Origin: Eledone cirrhosa
Lineage: Eukaryota
Direction of reading: 5' to 3'
DNA: 64,000 nt
Assembly: GCA_964016885.1 (NCBI GenBank)
Contig: OZ024742.1
Coordinates: 92,752,001 to 92,816,000, forward strand
This document shows positions 43,321 to 55,145 of the stretch, in pieces; the first letter of the stretch is position 1; each line of letters begins with the position of its first letter. Under the pieces are notes generated by a model. The model was given only the letters and a program-made list of their open reading frames with translations, was not told where the DNA came from and ran no database searches. Made by a program: the position numbers and the translations under genes.

Positions 43321-44156
43321 CTCCATTACTTAATTACATAAATATTATACATGAATATATAGAATCAAAACGAAAGAAAATATTAAGTTAACAGTGTATC
43401 AATTGGTCGTACAAACACAAGGGGTGCTGGAGCATCCCTCTAATATTTTTTGAGGCAAGCTAACACATTGGCAGCCTTACCGCGGGCGGTGGTGAGAATA
43501 TGGCACTGGAACAACCAAGCACCCTCACAGACATCATCTGACACTTCAGTAAGCCGCCAACGATGACAAGAACCTCTTTGTCAACGGCCCAGCTCCTCCA
43601 AACCTCTAGAATGTCACAGGATGGAAAAAATAGTTTGTCGATAATACCCGGTATTTTATAATTTTATTCCGGTCAGCTACAGAAGCAGTGACCCTCGCTT
43701 TTACCGCCGTATATACTGACTGTGGCGATGAGACATTTACCTCATACCCAGGGACAAAGGCTAATTGAAGGGACATTTACCTAAGCCAGAGCCCCCTTAA
43801 TAATCATGTTTACCTCAATATGGCGAGTGAAACGACCAGCATTCAGGCGAAACAACAAACTGTGGAGACCTATGGAGTCGAGGCGCTTTCCACAGCGACA
43901 TTTTAGTCCCTCACGGACACCGATTTTTTAAAATAACTATTTCAAAATAGTAACCTGTGCGGGGGCCTGGTTGATTCAGCGCTTTAGCCTAACCATTAGT
44001 TGCGGTAATGCTACGAACGTATTGGCCCACCTCAAACATTTTCCTTGACCCTTGTGGTGTGCAGCCGATTGTCGTACTTGGTGGTGAATTGATGGTTGTT
44101 TTTGTTTGTTTGTTTTTTCTCTATCGCTTTGATCATATATTTTGTGCATTATATTT

Positions 44157-44341
44157 GGTGGTGGATTGGCAGTATCGGTAGAGAGTCGGACTCCATGCTT
44201 TGACGCATAGAGTTACGGCCCTTCCCATTCTGAGTTCAAATCCCGCCAAGGTTAACTTTGCCTTTCATCCTCATGGGGTTCATAAAATAAAGTACCAGTA
44301 ATGCACTGGGTAATTGCTGGCCTTGTGTCAAAAGTAGAAAC
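44157..44341 (+). mobile_element. tRNA-derived SINE (family A)
   Basis: Matches 28571-28757; TSD attatatttg; a further partial copy at 44465-44570 (-). Confidence 0.85.
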
Positions 44342-45960
44342 AATTATATTTGCGAGGTTCCTAGCAATAATTAAAAATAATTAATCGTATTTATTAAATG
44401 TGCTTATATTTGTGTTTGTTTTTTATTCTGTAAGAATTATGAACAATTTATAAGGTATAAATAATTGTTTCTACTTTTAGCACAAGGCCAGCAATTATCA
44501 CAGTGTATTACTGGTACTTTATTTTATCGACCCCGTAAGGATGAAAGGCAAAGTTAACTGCGGCCGATATAAGGGAGGTAACCAATCCAACCTGAGACGA
44601 ATCTAGCACACACACAGACACACATTGTTGTAAGACCTCCGTCAATTCGAATGGAACAGCTTGCTCAGAGTACACTGAGTTAGAACAAATACTACAAGGA
44701 ATTTTGTTCTATACTCTAACAACTCTGCCAAGAATATTAGTTGTTTAAATCTGGGATGTATGTATAGACCCATAACTCCCAGATGTGAACATAAACAATT
44801 CCTTCCAAGGAAGAGGAGAGAGTGATACAGAGGCAGTAGGAAATGGTTACATCGGAAGAATTGATCCCAGTATTATTCACCACAAAAGAATGAAAGGCAA
44901 AGTTGACCTTGTTAGGACTTGAACTCAGAATGCAGAGAAATGGAACAAATACCTTAAAGCATTATATCTTACATTCTAATGACTCTAGTAATTTGCTGTT
45001 TAATCTGTCAGTTTGGCTCAAATATTTGATGTATCGAATTACACAACATTGTTAAACATAGACCCAGACTTTTAACATTTCAGCTGAGCATAAAAAGGAA
45101 AATTAAATGTATTTAGTTTATCCATATAAGGTTTTTTGGAGCAATGTTACTTGACAAGGTGCATAGCTCTGAAATCAGAGTGTCGATCTAAGTAGAGCCA
45201 TTACTTTTCTGAATTGAGAGATCACAGCTCTAAGATTTTATAGAATAAACCAACTGGTAGGAGACTCAGGAGTAGACCCAAGCAAGATGGTTAGATAACA
45301 TCCACGAGCTTGGTTAGTCTCACTTAAGGATCCTGCCAGATCAATTGGAGACGGCTGTTTCTGACAGTATCTGCTGGAAGGAATGTTTGAGGACTCTGCC
45401 CCTTTGACCCTCTCAGATATATGTGGGCAAAGAAGAAGATGATAAAAAAAATTATGTAAATGATGGTTTCACCTTATAGTTAACTTTAGGAACATCACAA
45501 GGGCTACAATTGGATTATCTGTACTAAGTTGTAAAGAGTTACCTATTTATTGATATTGGAGGTTAAACAAAAACAAAAGATAATTATTAATCTAATTGAA
45601 GATGTGATAATAGGGTAACTGCAGAGGTCTATTGTTTCACTAGGTGGAAGAATTTCGAAACCATTTTAGAAAGATCAATACATTCATTTTCCTTTTTCTT
45701 GCTTCTTATTATATCTGTTAGTGGAAATAAAACTTCTGCACAGCGAGGAATAAAATGCTGGCAGAAGTTGACAAGCTCCTACAAATTCTCAAAGCTTCCC
45801 AAAGAACGTTGGAATAGAAATGTCATGAATAGCTTTAATCTTTACTTCAGTTGGTAGAATTTCATGCTGGTCAACAATGTGTTTGAGGAAGGACAAAGAA
45901 GATACACTCAACAAGCATTTTACAATATCATAATTAGATAACTAGATAATAATAATAATT

Positions 45961-46737
45961 TGTTAGCCGCTCTCCAGCCATCTATTTAAAACTGTATACA
46001 GCTATGGTGCGACCACACTTGGAATTCGCATCATCAGTCTGGAACCCCTATCTTGCTCGGAACATTGACCTCCTGGAAACTGTTCAGAGACGTGCAACTA
46101 AGCGCATACCCTCCATCAGACACCTACCATACTCTGAATGCCTTGCTTCCCTGGGCATGGATTCATTGAAGCTCCGACGTCTGGCAATGGACTTGGTGAA
46201 TACCCACAAAGTTTTTAACCATCTCGCCAATTGCAACCCTGAGCGCCTCTTTGATCTCCATGTGTCTAACACACGTGGACATGCCTACAAGATAAGAAAA
46301 CAGCACAGCTCCCATGACTTTCGTAGACATTTTTTCACGCTCAGAGTTGCTGAAGCATGGAACAAACTGCCTGCGTCAATTGTTAGCTGCCGAGACACTG
46401 CATCCTTTAAGACACTCATGCTTCCCGAAATACGCCAAAACTACACCTGATGTACCCCTTCCATACACATGCACACGTGTGTATCATGACTCGTGCACTC
46501 TTAATTTTACTGATGTTTGTGCATTGCCCTATGTACTGTACATGCACTTTTTTGATGAGTTGTGGTGCACCTGGGCACTGTACACAATATTTCATTATTG
46601 TTATTATTATTATATCATGACTCATACACTGTTCATTTTCCTGACATTTGTACATTATTCTATGTACTATACATGCACCTTTGATGAGTTGTAGTGCACC
46701 TGAGCACTGTACACAATAATTTCATTATTATTATTAT
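45961..46737 (+). mobile_element. CR1 LINE 3' fragment with duplicated 3' terminus
   Basis: VRPHLEFASSVWNP..LETVQRRATK..TRGH..FF..RV..WNKLP; same family as 38275-41570; (TTA)n tails near 46610 and 46735. Confidence 0.9.
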
Positions 46738-46957
46738 AATGGTTTCTGATTTAGACACAAAGCCAACAATTTTGAGGGAGGGTGAAATTCGATTAAATCA
46801 ACCCCAGTACATTACTGGTACTATATTTTACCACCCCTGTAAGTATGAAAGGTAAAGTTCACCTTGGCAGGATTCGAACTCAGAATGTAATGGGCTGTAA
46901 CTCTACACCACAAAGCATATTTTCTGACGCTCTACTGATATTGCCAATCCAACGCCC
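46738..46957 (-). mobile_element. tRNA-derived SINE (family A)
   Basis: Similarity to other copies. Confidence 0.8.
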
Positions 46958-47905
46958 CCACCCTTATGCAAAACCATAATGATCTAAGCAGTTAAAGAAT
47001 TCTTAGAAGTTTTGTAAATGTTGTTCATATGAAGTTCTTGCTACTAATACATCCCCGATGTATGTAAAAAAGAAATTGCGTCCTCTAATTACTTCACTAA
47101 TAAACTCTGTAAGGTGTTAGCATCATTCTTTGACCTGAAGGGTATTTGAACAAATTCAAAATGTTTGAAAAGTATTGCGATTGCTATTTTTGGCATGTCA
47201 CTAGGTTCAACATATAGTGTGAGAATTTAACATGGAATAATCAGAGCAACGGACCCAGTCACCAATATTTCTCATGGGAACCATGTGGAGAGGAGAAGAC
47301 CAATTACTAGATGATAAATGCACTAGACTTAAATTGTTTAGCTATCTTTAAATGATCAGGAGCTAATCGACGAGGTTTAGGAAAAAAGCAGGTGGACCTT
47401 GCAGAATCATGTAATGTGACATTGTGTACAAAAACTGATGTAGCTATATTTGTAAATAACTGAATTAAGACTTTTAATTTACCTACAGATGAATCAGAAA
47501 TAACTGAACTAATCTTAACATTTCTGGTAAAAATTCCATGAATAGAAAGGTTTGTTATAGTGTCAATTAATCAAAGGATCTTCATATTTACCAAAACATC
47601 AAAGTTATGAAGAAAATTTACACTCAGTATTGTTTGAAGTACTTCTGATACTATGAAAACCCACTGGAAAACTCATCATAATCCTAAATTTAAAGTCAGA
47701 GGTTTTTCATGTAGTAATAGGAGAATGAGTAACTGCTTGTCAGGTAATATTTGTTGGACGTTTGCTCCCACCTAAGAGTGAGCTTGGAAAAATACACAAC
47801 ACAACTCCTCTCTGAGTAAAAAAACGTGAATAAAGAATTTTATGCTGCTTGGGTATTCTCTACAACAATGCTACCTAAAATAGATTTCAAGGAACACCAA
47901 AATTT

Positions 47906-48122
47906 CACAAGAAAATTCTGAGGTTTCATGAGATATGTTGTTTTTTTAATAAGATTTAATAAAAATTTACAAATGTGTTTTTTTTTATCTGCATAAATTC
48001 TCTCTATAATGATTTCTAGTATAGAGAGAATTTATGCAGATAAAAAAAACACATTTGTAAATTTTTATTAAATCTTATTAAAAAAAACAACATATCTCAT
48101 GAAACCTCAGAATTTTCTTGTG
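47906..48122. repeat. Near-perfect 103-bp inverted repeat (47906-48008 / 48020-48122), 11-nt spacer
   Basis: Arms differ only in homopolymer lengths. Confidence 0.9.
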
Positions 48123-48139
48123 GCAAATAAAAAGAAACA

Positions 48140-48358
48140 TATAATGATTTCTAGTATAGGCACAAGGCCAACAATTTTGGGGAGGGGAAATCGATTAAAT
48201 CGACCCCAGTGCATTACTGGTGCTTTATTTTATCGACCCCGTAAGGATGAAAGGAAAAGTTAACCGTGGCGGGATTTGAACTCAGATCATGAAGGGCCAT
48301 AACTATGCTACAAAGCATAGTGTCTGGCGCTCTAACGATACTGCCAATCCACCGCCCT
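48140..48358 (-). mobile_element. tRNA-derived SINE (family A)
   Basis: Full head ggcggtggattggcag..gagttcaaatcc; 18-bp TSD 47993-48010/48360-48377. Confidence 0.85.
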
Positions 48359-49219
48359 TATAAATTCTCTCTATAATACAAATTGTTTAATTTAATAACT
48401 TATTTAAAGAAGGTGGTGGGGATTGTGTGAAAAAAAAAGAGGTAAAATCATGGAATCTCTGATGTTCATAAATACTGTAAATATATTGAGATTTTTTGGT
48501 GAGTATAAAAGAAGAAAAACGATACAGCTTAAGTCTATCGTATATAGAGCGATAATAAATATAGGTATTAAACTACCTCTTGAAATGTATGTGTGTGTGT
48601 ATCAAAGTCACCGTTTGATTAGCCACAAGCTTAAAGAAATCTTTTTTTTAAAGTATTATTACAAAAAATCTATACATTAAGTTGCATGTTTTCTTGAACG
48701 AAACGCTTTTTGAAGAAAAAAAAAAATGAATATCAACTCATCACAATCAAATTTTAAATTTGATCACTAAAGAAATCCCAAGAAGGTTATCTCCCTTGTA
48801 ATATTTATGAAAACAATATCAGTTACTTCCCTTAGAGAGTTATGTTCCTTGTTATGTTTTTAACTTATAGTCTTCATCACAAATTACAATGATTAACAGG
48901 CAGGTTGCTGCGTTGTTCTAACAACTAGAACGCTCGTCGTCGTCGGAATTTACGGAGGCCCAACTACAAGTTGTACATATTTGCAGTGTCACGTGACTCA
49001 ACTGATGCTGTTGAGTAAGGCTTCCAAAGATAAGAACCTTGTTCGACTTAGATGAATACTTCACTGTGAGACTTCAATATTGGATGTAAACCAGGACTGA
49101 ATTAAGTCTTTTTTGAGATACTAAGTACTTAAAAGATTACGTTGTTCTCCCATATATAAAATCTGTAAAAAGGGTTAATCTAGATGTGAAAAAATAATTT
49201 TAAAATGTCTAAAGTTTGT

Positions 49220-49500
49220 CTCGATCCAGGAGGCTCACCAGACCGGTGATTATCTCGGTTTACGTCGCGTTAAACGACTGAGAGTACATGGCCACCCCAA
49301 CTTCTGGACAGGACGCCAATCTATCACAGGATTAACCCCCCCCCCCCCAGCTACTGCTGGTACACATTTTCAGCTCAGTATACCGGAGCAACATGAAATG
49401 AAGTGTTTTGCTCAAGAACACAACACACAACGCAATCCAGGACTCAAACTCACGACGTTATGATCATACGTCCAACATTTACCCCTAGGCTACGTGCTTC
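49220..49500 (-). mobile_element. tRNA-derived SINE with CORE-like segment (family B)
   Basis: gtgagtttgagtcc B-box-like; gtgttcttgagcaaaacacttcatttcatgttgctcc shared with 58739-59080. Confidence 0.65.
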
Positions 49501-49882
49501 ACAAAAATAATTACCAGACCCATTATAATGAGATTGAGTCTTGAAATGACATTTGATCACTGTATTACATGGTGAAGTGTTAATAAATTTATGAAAATAA
49601 ATAATTAGTCAACCTCTACTGGTTAAATATTTAATGAAGTTAATCCAAAGAATGCACTGAAATCAGGATTTTGTAAACAGTCGATATAAATGGGAAATGG
49701 TTTAGATAGAAACTAATATATTTTAAAATATAAATTATGTATATATAACAATCACCACTTCGACATTTCTGTCGGTAAAGCCAAGTAATAGAGAAGTTAA
49801 AACACTCGAATAGCCAAGTACACTTACGAGCATCACCTGATACATTGTTAAGGCGGACAATAATAACATTCTACTTTAATAT

Positions 49883-50460
49883 ACAGGGTGGTCCGAAATT
49901 GTTGTCACCCCTTGTCACATTGTTTTAACTTTCATTATTTTTTGTTTTAATAATATAATATATAATATCATTAATTATTAGATTGGTAGTTTCGGTAGAG
50001 GGCCGGACGCCATGCTTTGCAGCAAAGAGTTACGGCCCTTCATGGTCTGAGTTCAAATCCCGCCAAGGTTAACTTTGCCTTTCATACTTACGGGGTCGAT
50101 AAAATAAAGTACCAGTAATGTACTGGGTAATTGCTGGCCTTGTGCCAAAAAGTAGAAACAATTAATTATAATATATAATAATAATAATATAATTTTCTAT
50201 TTCAGAGCTCTTACAGTTTGGAAGAGAGGCTGCTTGCAAGTGTATGGACACATGATCGTGGGCATTCTAGCAAGAGCATGGAGGATGTGCGACATGACTT
50301 CACTGCAAGATTCGGCAAACAATAAATTGTTGCACTTAGTAGCATCTTGTATATAAACTTTATTTTGAAGCGAAATGTTGCCCTTTCCTGTTGCACACAG
50401 CAATGTGCTGAGGTGCGCAGTCTAGTAACCATTACTTTAGAGAATATGCACTCAACTCTT
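49883..50460 (+). mobile_element. Tc1/mariner-type remnant (TIR plus HTH N-terminus) with a family A SINE inserted at 49980-50159
   Basis: TA|CAGGGTGGTCCGAAA end; manual translation SYSLEERLLASVW.H....SMEDVRHDF.ARFGK. Confidence 0.55.
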
Positions 50461-50485
50461 AAACAATTAGGTACTCATTCTAAAT

Positions 50486-50648
50486 CAGGCATGGGCAACC
50501 TTTTTCAAGCAGTGGGCTGCATAAGATATGGCTCTTCATAAGGCAGGCTGCACTACTAACGAATTCAAAGCAATTTTGAAATCAGGCGGGCCATTCAGAA
50601 AGCCAAACGGCTGCACGTGGCTCGCGGGGTGCAGTTTGCTCATGACTG
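50486..50648. mobile_element. hAT (Charlie-like) MITE
   Basis: TIRs CAGGCATGGGCAAC / TTTGCTCATGACTG; imperfect 8-bp TSD ttctaaat/cactaaat. Confidence 0.7.
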
Positions 50649-52559
50649 CACTAAATCCTTTCGTGGAACAATTCTCGAAGCTGGACACTCGATTTCATCA
50701 ATACAAACTTCTAAAGAAAAAAACATTATACAGGGGAAATAACTCCTTTGTTTAGTGTTTGACACGTTCATCATATAGCTAACAGAAGAGAAGATTGTGC
50801 TGGTTCAGACATACGAGTATAATGTATATAGATGATTATTGGGCGAAGACGTGCCAACAGAAGTTCCAAGTGGAAAGGAGCTATGATAAAGGAAAATCAA
50901 GAAAGACCTAGACAGAGGTAGTAAGGGTTAGGAAGGAAGAGTAGTACCTATGACCTTTTTCAAGGCCTCCCAGCATTGTGGGAGGATGGGGAGAAGGTAT
51001 CATTAAACCTAAGATCTAGCCTAAAATATTTGCAACAGAACGGACTTCGCTAAAGACACCGAAGTGCCAGGTGGTGTTGTAAAACTGGAACATGGATTAA
51101 ATTTACAACCCAAGTAGGATTTGAACTCAGAGTGCCGAGAACTTCAACAAATACAGCGAAGTATTTTGTCTTATCACCTTTGACAAATGTGGAAGTTCGT
51201 CACCTGGCAGGTTTCGAAATCGGAATTAAAGGGACGTAACTAAATACCACAGGAATACTGTCCAAAGTTCCACCAATTCTGCCAATCTACCACCTTTCAC
51301 GAAATAAGCACAAGGCTAGGAAATTTAAAGGAAAGGTAAAGTTGATTAAATCACCCCAAGTATTTGACTAGTTCTTTATTTTATCGACACCAGAATGATG
51401 AAAGACAAAGTTGTACTCGGCTGTATTTCACCTCAGAATGACAAGAGACAACAAATACCTCAATGGCATTTTATCCGACGGTCTACTGATTCTGTCAGTT
51501 TACTACTCTTCACTAAATATTGATTTCTAATATGGGCTAAAAGATCACAAATATTGGGGGAAAATAGTAGTTAGCTATATTGTCAACTGTAATATATTAT
51601 AGGTACAATTTTATTTTTCATCGATCTCTAGAGAAATGAAGGGAAAAATCAACTTTTGTGTGATTCATACTTAGAACGTAAAGAGTCATAACTACACATT
51701 GCAAATTATCAAGTTCCCTCACCGCCACAACATGCTTTAGCCAATTCTGCCATTCCATAAACATTCAGGAAATATTCAAAATAGATTCATCAGTTAAAAG
51801 CAGGGGTTAACTATGTGCCCTATCATGCACATCCTCTATCACTAACCCACAAGCTTTAATTTCCTCATCTACCACTTTTAACTACGCCTTTCTATGTCTG
51901 TTGCAAGATATCAGGTTTGAGGACACATTCGCTCCCCTCTCGCTCTCCCCTTCTCCATTGAACTTGGTCTGGGAATCTACTGATCCCACTGACTAAACAG
52001 TAAAAAAATTTACCTTCGATCCTTCGAGTGGATAAAATAAATACCAGAACTTGGGCTTATCTTAATCAGCTAAAGCAGTACCAAAAGCGGTATTAGCAGT
52101 TGATACTAATTGAAGTTTTACAAAATTCACTATGCACTCTTCATCAAATGTATTTCAATCTAATCTGTCATCTAATATCTGTCATAATTATTTTAAAAAA
52201 TCATTTACTATTGTGGTGTTTACTTACATGACCTGGAAACCATTCTATTCGCTAATATCTCTTTAAGGAATTGTTTTTATAAAGTGTATAATTGTGACCT
52301 CGTCTCACATTTTCATTTTCTGGAATAATGAACTAATATATTTTCAAATCCTTTCATCATTTAAAATAATTATATAATGCCTCATCTTTGACCCCCACCC
52401 GCCACCCTAAAGTTGTAATCTTTAGTTCTTTTTTTTAACATCTTTCTTCATAAGACAGCTTTCCCAATTTATGCAATATTTTGTTTACCCTTTCCTGGAT
52501 TCTTTCAAAATTAAGCTGATCAAGCCTGTACCACCTACTTTAAGTGAGCTCCTACATAC

Positions 52560-52922
52560 ACTCCATGTCTTTATTGGTTTTGGCCACACTGGGAGACCAC
52601 TTTGAAGGTATTTTAGTCGATTATACCAACCCCAGTAATAGTTTTTCAAGTCTGGTATAATATAATCGATATATAATCGATTTTTTGTTGAACCATGAAG
52701 TTACGGTAAGTGTTTAGATTTACAAACGGTAAATGTATACACACACTCACCTATATACAACGACCTTCCATACAGTTTCCATCTATAAAATTTCACTCAT
52801 ATTCCATTGTTAAACTCAAGGCTATAGTAGACACATGATCAATTTGCAACACAGTGGGATTGAACCCCAAACCACATGTTTGATGAATAAGCTCTTTAAT
52901 CACACAGATACGCTTGCGCCTA
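52560..52922 (-). mobile_element. Old tRNA-derived SINE (family C)
   Basis: ggcgcaagcgt..gtgtgattaaagagc..ggggttcaatcccactg; related pieces at 42500-42650 and 60313-60452. Confidence 0.55.
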
Positions 52923-53254
52923 TAACACATAAACATTTGATATTTCATTGTATTTGAATATGTTCATTAATTAAAAAAATATACAAATAGGTTGGAGAAA
53001 AAACATTGAATATTTTTTGTGGAGTTACGTTTCCTTAGCATATCTGGGTAAGTTAAAATGATCTCAAAATCCAATAAATTACAGAATAGTTAACCCATTT
53101 ATTACTGTATATTAATGAAATACATAGCATATGCGTTTCAATTAATTTTGAAAATAATAAAATGTTTGGAAGTATGAAATAAAATAAGTGACCCTTTTCA
53201 CTAGTTGGCTGATATTTGGAATATCATTAAAACATTCTTGAAGAAAATATAATT

Positions 53255-53752
53255 GTTTCTATTTTAGGCACAAGGCCAGCAATTACTCAGTACATTACTG
53301 GTACTTTATTTTATCGACCCCGTAACGATGGAAGGCAAAGTTAACCTCAGCGGGATTTGAACTCAGATCATAAAGGGACGTAACTCTATGAAGAAAATAT
53401 AATTGTTTCTACTTTAGGCACAAGGCCAGCAATTAACTAGTGCATTACTGGTACTTTATTTTATCGACCCCGTTGGAAGGTTTTAATATAAATATGAATA
53501 TTTTGAAACAGGTAGTTATGTATCATAAAACCAGGACCTGTTTCAGTCGGATTGGTATTCTGTCGGACAATATGCTTTGCAGCATACAGTTACGTCTGGT
53601 TGTCCTGAGTTGAAATCCCACTTAGGTTAGCTTTGCCTTTCATCCTTACGGGGTTGATGAAATAAAGTACCAGTAACGCACTGGGGTTGATTTAATCAAC
53701 TTTCCCTTTCCTTTTCCCTTAAATTGGTGGCCTTGAGCCTAAATCAGAAACC
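53255..53752. mobile_element. Three family A SINE pieces (53255-53388 -, 53403-53472 -, 53563-53752 +)
   Basis: Similarity to other copies. Confidence 0.75.
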
Positions 53753-54554
53753 ATTATTATACTAGTCTGTGAATCTTTTATATTCAATAATTATCAGTAG
53801 TGTAGTTAATAATCTCCCTTGAAAAAGAGTTATTTCCCTGGAAAAATAGATTAATTACCTCCCTTGGTGTCTCCTCTCCTCAACCCCTTTTCCCAAAAGA
53901 TTCTAACTCATTGGAAATTAAATCGGTAGTAAAATAGAATAAATAGATTAAAAAAAAATTTCTGTTACAATATAGAAATGTGAATTATTAATAATAGTCT
54001 TATTTGAGAATTTCTTGAATGAGTCATCAAATATGTTTTTATCATTTTTATGTTTTGTGATCAATTTACCCTCTGATAATTAGACACACACACAGATACA
54101 CACAAGCAAACTTCTCCGTTTTTTTTTCCAGATTTATGAAATGATTTTTCAGTTGAATGGACTGGAGTCATGTGAAATAAGATGTCCTGGCAGAACGCCT
54201 TGCCAGGAATCAAACTCTATGATCGGTAGCCAAAAACTCTAAGCACCTGACATGTATAGCAAATTGAAATTTTTATGCATAAATGCAAGAGCTGATATAA
54301 GTCACGTATATATATAAGTTTTTAATTACTTTGAACATTGTGAAAAAAAAAAGAAAAAATTAAATTTCACAAAAAAGCAATTATTTGTAAGTCTATTATC
54401 GAATATATCATTTGAGAATTGTTGCAACTGCTTATTTATTCTACCTTATATAATTCATAAAATAAGGCTGTGTTCCTTGAATCAGAGGACAGGGCTAGCA
54501 TCATAATAACATGCACCAAGTGCATGATATACGGTGGTAGTGCCAGTGTCATAA

Positions 54555-54722
54555 TAAAATGCATCCAGTACACTATTTAAAGTGGTAGAGCTAGTGCCAT
54601 AAAATGCATCCAGTACACTATTTAAAGTGGTAGTGCTAGTGCCATAAAATGCACCCAGTACACTATTTAAAGTGGTAGTGCCTGTGCCATAAAATGCACC
54701 CAGTACAATCTGTAAAGTGGTT
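54555..54722 (+). repeat. 45-bp tandem repeat (~3.7 copies) derived from a SINE/RTE 3' segment
   Basis: Unit aaaatgcatccagtacactatttaaagtggtagtgctagtgccat; resembles 58931-58975. Confidence 0.8.
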
Positions 54723-55145
54723 GGAATCAGGAAACTATGGGCATCTGGCCATAGAAATCATGCCAAAAATGGAATGTATGAACAAGACGTATTTTTCTGA
54801 CCCATCTCGTGTTACACCATGACCACCATTCCAACCCATACCAATGTGGAAAAAGAGCATGAAACTAGGGTTGCTCCGATTAACCAACACATAATCAATG
54901 TTGGCCATATTGGTCATTTTGCCATTTAATCTGTATTGTGTTCTTTGCCATTTGCTGGTCTATTTAACGCACTTTCATATATGATGCTACTAGTTTTACA
55001 AGAACATTTTCAGAAAAAATTTTTTAATATATTTCTTCATAAATTTATTAAAAATTATTTCATTGTTTTTTCAGAAACTCTTATATAAGTTCAACATCAT
55101 TTTGCTTATAAAATTTGTATTGTATTAATGTATTAGTAATATTAA

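Larger units (their letters stand above)
42165..44460. mobile_element. Cluster of CRE-like RLE fragments in both orientations (42165-42387 -, 42885-43135 +, 43330-43922 -, 43955-44460 +)
   Basis: CRCG..D..GLH...GRF.RH..VN.II zinc knuckle, DGKRPDGL.L..W..GR.LIWD, similarity to 32745-33347. Confidence 0.7.
45570..47890 (-). mobile_element. Old Ty3/Gypsy (CsRn1-like) pol remnant, interrupted by CR1 and SINE insertions
   Basis: Manual translation: PRRLAPD.LK.AK, SSNWSSPLHMVP..GDW..C.DY..LN, D.PK.AI..F..FEF..PF, YIGDVLVA, FL.HIVD..KI.AI, VNF..FIP.CA..L.PLTD. Confidence 0.75.
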
